NCBI GenBank assembly: GCA_963422395.1
Contig: OY729431.1
Span: 692,680-756,679 of the forward strand
DNA from: Vicinamibacteria bacterium
GTDB taxonomy: Bacteria; Acidobacteriota; Vicinamibacteria; Marinacidobacterales; Marinacidobacteraceae
Length of the DNA stretch: 64,000 nt
Direction: 5' to 3'
The notes beneath the pieces were generated by a model. It searched no databases. It was not told the origin of the DNA and saw only the letters and a program-made list of their open reading frames with translations. The position numbers were made by a program, and so were the translations under genes. Of the stretch, positions 1-9,200 are shown in pieces; the stretch's first letter is position 1; every line of letters starts with the position of its first letter.

Positions 1-903
1 CTTCCACAGAAAATTCGCGTAGGCTTCAAGAGTGCCTGTATTCTGGAGTGTCACAGATTCCACGGGAAGGCGGAAATGAGCATGGAAGAACTTTTCCAGA
101 TATTTTTTAGAATTCTGGACTCCGTACTGCATCGTTACTATCTGTTCCAATTGTTTTCTATTCGTGACCAGAACGAAGCAGATATTTTCGACATCGAAGA
201 CATGCTTCAGATTTTCCAACAGCGAGAGCGCATAGGTCGGGCGGCACCGGTCCAGCTCATCGATGATGACGACGAGTGGTCTCGGCGAATCCTTGGGGAT
301 TCCTTCCGATGCACTTTCTTTCGCTTCGGCACTCATGGCATCGGCTAGTGCGGTCAACGCCTGCCGGAATTCATCCAGCGTCTTCCTCTGCTCTTGAGCG
401 TTTTCGAGGCGCTTTTGAAATTCCGAATCCAGGTCGACAGATGGATCTCTCTTGACCTTCGACAGGCCATCGACCAGCTTTTGGCCGGTCTCCTCGGACA
501 GGATTCCTCCGGTCACAATTCGAAGTCCGAGACCTGCGAGAGATGGCAGGAGGTGTTTTCCCAGGCTCGTGACCTTCCTGAGGAAGACTTTCCTTTCTTC
601 GCCGTTAGGAGCCCGATCGAAGATCTGGCTCGCAATATCGAAGAGCGGGTCTTCCCCGTTGTCCGCGGAAAACGCATCGAAATAGACGACCGCCGAGCCT
701 CGCTTCCGAAGCAGGCCGGCCCATTGTCTGGCGAATACAGTTTTCCCCGACCCCCACTCGCCATCCAGAGCGATCACTGACGGCCCTTCAAGGGATTCGA
801 CGACGCGCGCGACGGATTCCCCGAACCTCTGGTAACCGAAGATGTCGGTTCCCTCGAACCCATCACGATCCCCGATCTCTGGGGGTTTCGGTGTCAATCG
901 CAT
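1..903 (-). CDS. KAP-family P-loop NTPase, 5' portion only (gene continues beyond window start)
   Basis: Manual minus-strand translation from ATG at 903 gives MRLTPKPPEIGDRDGF...GPSVIALDGEWGSGKTVFARQWAGLL. The G-x-WGSGKT Walker A is typical of KAP NTPases, and VVIIDELDRCRP is Walker-B-like. The ORF track omits it because there is no stop inside the window. It starts 14 bp after the stop of the HEPN-like gene on the same strand. Bases 1-400 are much AT-richer than the rest of the window. Confidence 0.6.
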   Translation of the reverse strand, partial: MRLTPKPPEIGDRDGFEGTDIFGYQRFGESVARVVESLEGPSVIALDGEWGSGKTVFARQWAGLLRKRGSAVVYFDAFSADNGEDPLFDIASQIFDRAPNGEERKVFLRKVTSLGKHLLPSLAGLGLRIVTGGILSEETGQKLVDGLSKVKRDPSVDLDSEFQKRLENAQEQRKTLDEFRQALTALADAMSAEAKESASEGIPKDSPRPLVVIIDELDRCRPTYALSLLENLKHVFDVENICFVLVTNRKQLEQIVTMQYGVQNSKKYLEKFFHAHFRLPVESVTLQNTGTLEAYANFLWK

Positions 904-916
904 GGCTTTTTCTCCT

Positions 917-1444
917 TCAGTTCGTTCTCGAAGTGGGCCTGTGCGGGTTGATTTTTGCGGTCACGCCCATGAGAGCGTGCATTTTCCGGGTGAAACGGCG
1001 TGCATCTTCGAAGTAGCTGCGAACACTGTGGACGGTGACGCGCGCCGGGCGGCCGTGCGCCAGCGCGTGCCGGTCGGTCACGATGCTGTCGATGCTGGCC
1101 GCGATCTGCCCTTCGGACAGCGTCTCGAGTTCGTCGGCGGCTCGTTGATCGAACCAGCCTACGAGACGGATCATCTCTTTCGTGCGCGGGCTGCGGAAAT
1201 ACTGTAACTGGTGGTCCACATATTTCAGGACACCGGGGGCGGACCGTGTCTTCGCGTACGCCAGCATCGTTTCTCTGCAGGATGTCTCGAGATAGGCGGA
1301 TGTCCAGATCGTCATGAGCTGCGCCAGCCAGGAAAGCTGTTCGATGGAAAGAGGAGGGCTTTTCGATGTCTCCTTCGCCGAATCCAGGGCGCCCTCGATC
1401 ATCTGCTCGAGCCGCTGACTGTCTTCCATCATGACACTTTTCAT
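917..1444 (-). CDS. HEPN-like putative RNase, partner of the adjacent DUF262 gene (MAE_28990/MAE_18760-family-like)
   Basis: 175 aa, MKSVMMEDSQRLEQMIEG.... Contains an R-x4-H motif (IVTDRHALAHGR) typical of HEPN nucleases. Its ATG at 1442-1444 overlaps the DUF262 stop at 1441-1443, forming ATGA. The 216-aa track ORF has an implausible Arg/Pro-rich N-extension. Confidence 0.45.
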   Translation of the reverse strand: MKSVMMEDSQRLEQMIEGALDSAKETSKSPPLSIEQLSWLAQLMTIWTSAYLETSCRETMLAYAKTRSAPGVLKYVDHQLQYFRSPRTKEMIRLVGWFDQRAADELETLSEGQIAASIDSIVTDRHALAHGRPARVTVHSVRSYFEDARRFTRKMHALMGVTAKINPHRPTSRTN

Positions 1445-2529
1445 AGCACGGATCGGTAAGCATCTACCGCGTGCTGGATTCGAGCTCGGACGCGGCTCTC
1501 GTCCGTCGTTCCCTCGGTATGCAGACGCTCGGTTCGCAGGATTTCGAGAAGATGGAGATGTGCACACTCTAGACCGGCACCGTCCGTGATCGGCCCGTTG
1601 TCGAGACGCTTTGCGATGCCCACGAATACTGCATCCAGCACCGCGACATTCAGTGCCTTGTCGGGCCGCAGCGCTTTCGGTCCGAGCATCTCGTCAACGG
1701 CCCGCGCGGCTCCAGAAAACCTCTCCAAGAATTCTCTGATTTTCGTCTCTTCCGGTTTTCGGTGCTTCTCCATGAATCTGTCGAGAAATCTCTTCATCGG
1801 CCGTCGATAGGACTCGAGCGAGTAGTAGAGTGCTAGGAACCGAAGGATGATCTCCTCTTCCTTTCTTCTCTTGTTCCTGGGTCCGTAGAGGTTCCGCCAA
1901 TGGCCGTCGCCGGCGAGCTCCGAGAGAAGACGACGGAGCGGCCCCTGGTACACACAGTCCCGGATTTCCTGAGGCGTGAGAGGGGTTCCCGCGGTATTCA
2001 GGCGCTCGAAGACGATGCGCATGGAACTCCGGTCTCCGCTCGGTTCGTCCTGCTGGAATATCGTCGCGTGTACAACGGCGTCGTCGAGATGGCGGCGATC
2101 CGGCCCTTCGAGCGTCTCATATGTCTTGTCCTGTAAATCCGAGGATACTCCGACGAGCGAGAACTCTCGATCCTCGAGGAGTCCCAAGTGGAACGCCTGC
2201 AGGGTACGGAGTCGCTGCTGGCCATCGACGACGATGAGTTTGTTGTTCTCCGGATCCCTGAAGAGAAAGATTTCCGGAACCGGAATGCCGAGGATCAGGG
2301 ATTCGATGAAGCGCGACGACTGTGCTCTCGACCAGACGAATCCTCGCTGGAATTCCGGGATGACGATGTCCTCACGATTCAACCGGCTCACGATCCCGTC
2401 CACCGGCATGTCTGCACCGTAGCTGGTCACTGCGTAGCGAATCGGTTCTCCCACGGGATCGTCTTCGATGGACGAACTGTCGATCACCCCGAGTTCCTTT
2501 TCGTTTTCCTGCATTTCGATTCTCCTCAT
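1441..2529 (-). CDS. DUF262 (ParB-like/GmrSD N-terminal nuclease domain) protein
   Basis: 362 aa with the DUF262 signature block IPEFQRGFVW...FLFRDPENNKLIVVDGQQRLRTL. Start may be the internal Met (MQENEKEL, 2514) instead of 2529. Confidence 0.7.
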   Translation of the reverse strand: MRRIEMQENEKELGVIDSSSIEDDPVGEPIRYAVTSYGADMPVDGIVSRLNREDIVIPEFQRGFVWSRAQSSRFIESLILGIPVPEIFLFRDPENNKLIVVDGQQRLRTLQAFHLGLLEDREFSLVGVSSDLQDKTYETLEGPDRRHLDDAVVHATIFQQDEPSGDRSSMRIVFERLNTAGTPLTPQEIRDCVYQGPLRRLLSELAGDGHWRNLYGPRNKRRKEEEIILRFLALYYSLESYRRPMKRFLDRFMEKHRKPEETKIREFLERFSGAARAVDEMLGPKALRPDKALNVAVLDAVFVGIAKRLDNGPITDGAGLECAHLHLLEILRTERLHTEGTTDESRVRARIQHAVDAYRSVL

Positions 2530-2619
2530 GTTCTCGATGTGGGCTCTGTGGACCAGGGTCTCGAATTCTGAAGCCTTTTCGGGATCTTCGATCGATTTTT
2601 CCGCATTCCGGGAGCGCGG

Positions 2620-4530
2620 CTAATCGCTGTGTTTCTCTGGTCGGAGACCCATATCGGCGAGGAATCGAGACGGCTTTTTCGGCCGCCCGTAATAGGACCG
2701 GGCTCGGGTGAGGGTGAGCGTCTCGCTGGCGCGGGTCATCCCCACGAAACAGACGCGGCGCTCTTCTTCGATCCGAGGATCGGCTTCGCCGTTCGCTTTC
2801 GCGAAGTATGAGGGCAGCTGGTCCTCGGCGAGCCCCAGCAGATAGACATGCTCGAAGGTCTTCCCCTTCGCCTGGTGGATGGTGAGACACTGCACCTCCT
2901 CCCGCTTCGGCTCCGGCACGATGGGGCGCAGGTCGAGTTCGTGGAGGAACTGTTCGAGCCTCATCGAGTCTCCGCCCTGCCGGTGGATCTTCGCCGCGAT
3001 CTGACGCCAGACATCGCTTTCCTCATTCGCTTCGGTTCGTTCCGCCGGGTCCGTCGCGCGCGCTATATCGGAAGCCATGATTTCAAGCGCCTGACGGCTG
3101 AATCTCCGGTGATCCGGGCACAGCACGAGATGTTCCCGTGCGGCGGCGATCAGCGCCTTCGCGGGAGCAGCGTTGGACTCTTCCGCGGCTTTCGCCACGA
3201 ATGCGGCGAGCAGTGCACCGTTTTCGACATCCGCCCGCGATTCGGCGGATGCCGGCGAAACCTCCACTCCCCCGAGTTCGGAGAACGCCTTGACGAGGAG
3301 CCGCAGCTGCGCCCCGTCGCCCGGCGTGTTCGCCAGTCGAAGTGCGGCGAGCAGGAATCGGATGCCCGGAGACACGAACTCGTCTCTGGGTCTCCGGCGC
3401 CAGGCGGGGACGCCGGCCGTCCGCAACGCTTCGTACGCGGCTTCCACGAGCCTGCCGTTGCGCGCCAGAACGGCGATCTCGCCCGACGCGATCTGTCGAT
3501 CACGAAGATCCCGGCTCACCCACGACACTTCCTCGGCTTCGGTGGGAAAGCATCGAAGCCGGACGGATTCGGTCTCTGAGCGGTGACCGGCGGCGACGAT
3601 CGGAGGTTTCTCGGCCGTCTCGTTCGGACCCGCCTCCATGAGCCGATTCGCCCGCTCGACGACGGCCGGCGGGCAGCGAAAGCTCTCCGGCAGGTGGAGC
3701 ACGGCCATCCGGTAGTCGGTCTGGAGATCAGCGATCCGCTCCGGGCTCGCGCCGTTCCACTGGAAGATCATCTGGTCGTCGTCCGCGACGATGAACAGTT
3801 CGCTGCTGCCGGGCGGCCAGAGCGTTCGGAGCAGCCGATCCTGAATCGCGTTCGTATCCTGATACTCGTCCACGAGGACATGCGGATAGGCAATCGGAAA
3901 GTCCGCAGCGATCCGCGGCTCGCTATCGATCAGGCGAAAGCAGCACCAGAGCAGCGATCCATAGTCCATGCAGTTCTTCTGTATGAGCCGGGCGACATAC
4001 TCGTCGAGCAGTTCTCGCTTCCATCCGCTCGCTGCGCCCGGACCCGGAGCGAACGCGGACCGGGCGGCTGGGTCTGCGCGGAACAGGGCGTCCAGGTTGC
4101 GTGCGATTCGTTCGGCGGGCGGCGGCTGGCTTCCCCACGGGGCGCTGGGCCCGAGGGCGTCGGCCAGCACCACCGCGCGATCCGCATTCAGCGTCAGGAT
4201 GCGAAAGTCTGGGCGCAACCCGAGGTGGCTCCCGTGCTGCCGTAGTACACCGGCACAAAGCGAATGAAAAGTAGCAATCCGAACCCGATCCGAATCCCGA
4301 CCCAGCCGAATCGCCACCCGCTGTTTCATCTCGCTAGCGGCGAAGTTCGTGAAAGTCATCCCGAGCACGCGAAACCGTCTCTTCGGGGTGGCCTGGATGA
4401 TGCGAACGGCCCGTTCGGCGAGGACTTCCGTCTTGCCGGCTCCGGGCCCGGCGAGAACCAGGAGCGGCCCTCCCTCCCACGCGACGGCCCGACTTTGTGC
4501 CTCGCTGAGGACGACTTCGGAAGTGCTCAT
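2620..4530 (-). CDS. gajB: UvrD/Rep-family SF1 helicase, Gabija GajB-like
   Basis: Real start is MSTSEVVLSEAQSRAVAWEGGPLLVLAGPGAGKTEVLAERA. This carries Walker A of UvrD helicases, and TFHSLC is a motif-III-like element. The upstream 112 aa of the 748-aa track ORF are low-complexity. ATG at 4528-4530 overlaps the stop of the upstream OLD-family gene (ATGA). Confidence 0.7.
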   Translation of the reverse strand: MSTSEVVLSEAQSRAVAWEGGPLLVLAGPGAGKTEVLAERAVRIIQATPKRRFRVLGMTFTNFAASEMKQRVAIRLGRDSDRVRIATFHSLCAGVLRQHGSHLGLRPDFRILTLNADRAVVLADALGPSAPWGSQPPPAERIARNLDALFRADPAARSAFAPGPGAASGWKRELLDEYVARLIQKNCMDYGSLLWCCFRLIDSEPRIAADFPIAYPHVLVDEYQDTNAIQDRLLRTLWPPGSSELFIVADDDQMIFQWNGASPERIADLQTDYRMAVLHLPESFRCPPAVVERANRLMEAGPNETAEKPPIVAAGHRSETESVRLRCFPTEAEEVSWVSRDLRDRQIASGEIAVLARNGRLVEAAYEALRTAGVPAWRRRPRDEFVSPGIRFLLAALRLANTPGDGAQLRLLVKAFSELGGVEVSPASAESRADVENGALLAAFVAKAAEESNAAPAKALIAAAREHLVLCPDHRRFSRQALEIMASDIARATDPAERTEANEESDVWRQIAAKIHRQGGDSMRLEQFLHELDLRPIVPEPKREEVQCLTIHQAKGKTFEHVYLLGLAEDQLPSYFAKANGEADPRIEEERRVCFVGMTRASETLTLTRARSYYGRPKKPSRFLADMGLRPEKHSD

Positions 4531-6248
4531 GCCGCTGCCAGGGAGACCGTCTTCTCGAGGATGCGTTTCAATGCTTCGGGAACGGTTGCGGGTTCCTCGA
4601 GCATTCTTTTCGTAGCTCGCGTCGCAGTGGTGACCTTGTTGAAGTCTTTCTTGTTGTAGAGATCGTCGAAACCGTTCTCCTTGAGGAATTCCTCGATGTT
4701 CGGATATGGGCAGAGGTATCTGTCCTCTTCCGCCGCGCCTTCCAGATTCTCCATGGCGGCCCTTTCGTATTTGTTCCGCCCCTTGTCGCCATCGTAAACG
4801 AGATACCAGGGGATGCCGAACTGGTTGGCGATGCGGATCAGCGAAGCCAGATTGATATCGCTGCATTGCATATGGGCGATGCCGTGCCGGTCGAGGTCGA
4901 TCCCGAGTGCTTCGGCGACTCCGGAGAACAGTACTGCCTCGGTTTCCCCCTCGTACACCAGCCAGCAGCGGGCGAAGAGAAGGTCTCCGCGGCCGCGGCG
5001 GATCTTGCGCTGGAAGGTCTGACGATTCTTCTCGTCCAGGGATCCCAGCTCGGCGCGGTAGGTGCGTACGGCGCTGTCCCGATAGACGAGTCGCCGTACC
5101 GATTCGGGGTCGAGTCCGCAGAGCAAATCGCCGCTGTGCGTCGAAAGGATCTTCTGTCCGGGGAAGCGCTGCACGGCGTCCAGAAGCAGCCGAACCGCCG
5201 CCGGATGGAGGTGGGCCTCCGGTTCTTCCAGGATCGTGATCGGGACGACTGCATCGCCTCCCTCGCCGAGTCGACGCCGCAGGTACGCGTCGAAGAGGAG
5301 CAGTACCGCAAGGCTCTGCGCGCCCTCTCCCTGTCGGTCGAGAGGGATCTTCGCTCCCTGCCGGGAGGCCATGTTCACCCGCGCCTGCGACAGCAGCATC
5401 GACGCCCGCGCCGGAAGGGCATCCACCGTGACCGGGTCGCCGGCCCCGAACACGATCACTTCCTGGGCGCGTTTCAGGTGGTCCCGCACCTCGCTCAGCG
5501 GCGGGTGCGCTTCGATCAGTCTCTGATTCAGCTCTCCGAGCTCCTTCTCGAAGTCCTCGCGGTCCGCCTGGGAAAGATCTTTGGCAGCCAGGAATTCGCG
5601 CCAGAACGGGCCGCGCGACGCAAAGTGTTTCCCGGCGTCTCGAAGCGCCGATAGAAAGTGCACCGGCGCGGTCCGGCGAAGGGCGGCCATGTGCACTGCC
5701 GCGGCTGGCTTCATGGGGTTTTCCGCATCATCGAGGAACACGCCTTCCGTGATGAACTCCGTTCGATCTGCGTCGTAGGCCGAAGTCACCTGCAGAGTCG
5801 TTTCCCGCCTGCCGTCCTCCCGTAGCACGAGGACATCGGCGAGCTCCTCCCGAAGCTCGACGGGCAGGGTGTCCGGTGCGGTCTCGCCGAGCCGCAACTC
5901 GATCTCGATGGGATTCGCCTTCTCCGCCGACGCTGCCTCATCCACCAGGTGGTAGTCGTATTCCTCGAACACGCGGCTGCTCGGACCTCGCAACCGGTCG
6001 AGACATAGTTCGATCGCTTTCAGGACGGCCGTCTTGCCGGAGTTGTTCTCGCCGATCAGGACGGTCGTCTCCCCCAGGTCCAGTGTCAACTCTTTGATAC
6101 ACCGAAAGTTCCGGATTCGCACGCTCGTGAGTCGAAAGCCCGGTCCGGCGGTTTCTGGAGTGCGGCCCTCTCTTCGAGAAGCGTTCTGCTCCGTTGCCGA
6201 GTACGCAGCGGAGCCCCCGCGGTCGGCGGGTTCGTCCAGGGTTTCCAT
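4527..6248 (-). CDS. gajA: OLD-family ATP-dependent endonuclease (ABC ATPase plus C-terminal Toprim), Gabija GajA-like / class 2 OLD
   Basis: From METLDEP...RLTSVRIRNFRCIKELTLDLGETTVLIGENNSGKTAVLKAIELCL (Walker A). ILEEPEAHLHPAAVRLL is Walker B/D-loop. C-terminal Toprim: LVYEGETEAVLF ... WYLVYDGDKGRN. The 967-aa track ORF has a spurious ~390-aa Arg/Pro/Gly N-extension. Start 20 bp downstream of the helicase stop at 6269. Confidence 0.7.
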   Translation of the reverse strand: METLDEPADRGGSAAYSATEQNASRREGRTPETAGPGFRLTSVRIRNFRCIKELTLDLGETTVLIGENNSGKTAVLKAIELCLDRLRGPSSRVFEEYDYHLVDEAASAEKANPIEIELRLGETAPDTLPVELREELADVLVLREDGRRETTLQVTSAYDADRTEFITEGVFLDDAENPMKPAAAVHMAALRRTAPVHFLSALRDAGKHFASRGPFWREFLAAKDLSQADREDFEKELGELNQRLIEAHPPLSEVRDHLKRAQEVIVFGAGDPVTVDALPARASMLLSQARVNMASRQGAKIPLDRQGEGAQSLAVLLLFDAYLRRRLGEGGDAVVPITILEEPEAHLHPAAVRLLLDAVQRFPGQKILSTHSGDLLCGLDPESVRRLVYRDSAVRTYRAELGSLDEKNRQTFQRKIRRGRGDLLFARCWLVYEGETEAVLFSGVAEALGIDLDRHGIAHMQCSDINLASLIRIANQFGIPWYLVYDGDKGRNKYERAAMENLEGAAEEDRYLCPYPNIEEFLKENGFDDLYNKKDFNKVTTATRATKRMLEEPATVPEALKRILEKTVSLAAA

Positions 6249-6268
6249 GGTGTGATGCTCCTCGGGTC

Positions 6269-9200
6269 TCACGGGTCGGGTTCCGCGGCTTCCCGGAGGG
6301 CGCCGGCGGAGAGGGAGAACGCCTCGGAGGAATGGTGCGAGGTGAGCAGGCGAAAGGGGTTCTGGATCCGCTTCAGCTCGGGTCTCGGACGGCCGCAGTC
6401 GAACACCACATACAGCCAGTAGGCCTCGCCGAAGTGGCACGCCTGCTTCCACTCGTTCGGCTCGATCGAGACGCCGCCGCGCCCCGCCCGGCCCTTGACC
6501 TCGATGCGCCGCTGCTCTCCGTCGGGGCGGATCGAGAGGAGATCGAACCCGGGCCAGTCGGCGAGCCCGGCAGCCCGCGCCTTCTCGGGCTTCGAAACGT
6601 CTTGCAAGCGGCCGTGGTGTGCCCGCTCCCACTCCGAGGCGATGCGAACTGCCATCGCCTCCACGGTCTCGTCGTAGCCTTCGAGTTCGTCGGAATCGGG
6701 GGCGGGGATGACGAGTGCGTGGGCCAGCAGCAGGACCTCGCCGGGATGGATCCGGTCCGGCGCCTCCCGAAGATTTTGGAGTTCGCTCGTCCGCCGGGAA
6801 GCGAGCGCCGCCTGCTCTTCGCGCACCTCCCGCATCGCCTCCTCGTCGGGCGCTGCCCGATCGGAAGACTGGTTGGAAAGCCGATCGGGAAGCCGATCGC
6901 GCAGGCGTTTGCGCTGTTCGGCGAGCTCCGCAGCGCGCAGATCGAATCCGGCGGTCAGCTGCCGGCGCCGCTCCTCGCTGCTCCGGCGGGCTCTTGCGCG
7001 ATGTTCCCCGACCAGCCGTTCGGCGATCTCCTGTGCCTGGGCGGCGGCTTCGGCGCGCCTTCCGAGAGAGCGGCTCGCCAGCGGGATCGCCCCCGGCACC
7101 GCATTCGGCGCACCGTGGAGCAACAGCATCCGTTCGACCGGTTCTTCGATGAGCATTCCGTCTTCTTCCTGGCGGAGTCCGATCAGCCGGCGTTCGATGA
7201 TCCGGCGCGCCGGAGAGGGCACACGAAGACTGCCGTGGGGGAGGAGTGCCGGTGGAGCCGCTGCCGGCGGCGGAACCTCCGCTTCGACGCCAACGAGGCC
7301 CAGGTGGAAGAAGTACGGCCCGTCGGCGCGGGGGTCGGCGAAGATCGCGCCGCGCTGGGCATCCCGGGAGAAGAGGTTTCGGACGGCTTCGGAAAGCGCG
7401 TCGAAGACCGGCTCTCCGGGATGGAGCCATACCCCGGGTTTTCCCGGTGCGATCCGTCTCGCCGAGAGCAGCTCCCGATCTTCCGGGGCGAGGGTGTCGA
7501 GTGCCGGGAGGAGGGGGTCGAGCGCCCCCGCTCGCCCGGGCAGCAGCGTGAAGAACCCGTCGAGGTCCCCGCTGATGGTCAAACCCAGGAGCGGTGCGCT
7601 CCTTTCGACGAACCGGAGCACATACGCAGGGAGAAGGCGCAGGGATTCCTCGCGATCCCGTTCGCGGTTCAGCCGGGTGAGACGGGCGGCGACTTCTCCT
7701 GGCTTTTCGGGTCCATCGCCGTAGCGCCGGGTCTCCTCGTCTCGGATTTTGCGCACCCGTTCGCTGCGGAGCGCATCCTTCAGTTCTGCCAGATCGGCCC
7801 GCTCGGCGTCGGTCTTCTCTTCACCGCCTTCCCAAAGTGTCGAGCGCAGGTATTTCTTCAGCGAGCGGCCCTCGAACAGCCGGCCGATGACATCGAAGAC
7901 CTTGTCCGATTCGAGCTCTTCCCGGATGGCGTCGAGTTTTTCCAGCAGCACGGCCAGCACCCGCCCCTCGCGGGTGTCTTTCGAGATGAGGTTGACGATG
8001 CGGACCTCGTGCTTTTGTCCGTAGCGGTGGATGCGTCCCATTCGCTGCTCGAGTCGGGCCGGGTTCCAGGGGATGTCGTAGTTCACCATCAGCCGACAGA
8101 ACTGGAGGTTGATCCCTTCGCCGGCGGCGTCGGTCGCGATCAGGAACCGGGCTCCGGCGGGATCGCGGAACCGCTCGACCTGTTCCTCGCGTTCGGGCCA
8201 GTCCATGCCGCCGTGGATCTCGGCCACCTGCCCCGAGTAACCGAGCCCTTCGAGCCGCCGGATCAGGGAATCCACGGTGTCTCGGTGCTCGCTGAAGATC
8301 AGCCACTTCTCCCGGGGCTCGACTTCGGCGCCGCCCTCGAGAACTTCGCGTAGCCGTTGGAACTTGGACTCCTGCCCGGACTCGTGGAGACGCCGCGCCC
8401 GGTCGCGCAGGCCTTCGAGCACGCCGATTTCGCGCTGGACTTCCTCTTCGGTCACCACTGCGAGCGCGCCGAGCATCTCGTCTTCCCAGGTTTCGATCTC
8501 CTCCCGATCTCGATTCGTGGGGCTTCCCGCGTCGTCATCGGCAGCCCGGATCTCGAAGAGATCGCCCTTGGCTGCCTTTCGGTCCAGTAGCAGTGTCTCG
8601 GGCTCGATCCCATCGCTCCGGATGTCCTGGACGACCTGCCGGAGTTTTTCGATGCGGCGTTCGAACGACCGCAACAGCGCCCAGGTGGAGCTGGCGAGTC
8701 GGCGCTGGAAGACGGTCAGGGCCAGCTCGACCGCCGGCCGGTTCTTCAGTCGGTTCGTCAGCGCCCGGCCGTAGAACTCGTGGAGATATTCGGTCGTCCT
8801 CTCGTAGAGGTCGCGCTCGCCGTCCGGGCCTTCGCTCAGCTGGTAGCTGAAGGTGTTGCAGCGGCGCGGCAGGAAGAGGGGTGCGCCGTCGAAGCCCACC
8901 AGCTCTTCCTTCGTCCGGCGGAGAAAGTGGCGGCGGCGCACGGCCGGCGACAGCCTCGTCACTGCCGCACCCGTCGAGAACGATTGCGGATCGAGCAGCC
9001 GCCAGAGAAAGTGGTAGGGCCGCTCCCGACCCATGTGCGGGGTGGCGGTGAGCAGCAGGAGGTGCCGGGCCGACCAGCCGAGCCCCGAGAACGGGCCGCT
9101 CGGCGCGGCGCCCCCGGAAAGCGCCTCGGCGAGCTGGTAGCGCTTCGTCTTGTCCACCCGGTCCCCTTCTCCGCCGACGCTCAGCTTGTGCGCCTCGTCG

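Noticed and set aside
6194-8353. 719-aa plus-strand ORF, and several others (6708-7724, 8277-8774, 8780-9976), antisense to the SNF2 helicase gene
   Set aside because: Arg/Pro/Gly/Ala-rich low-complexity translations typical of stop-free antisense frames in ~70% GC DNA. They fully overlap a gene with unambiguous helicase motifs.
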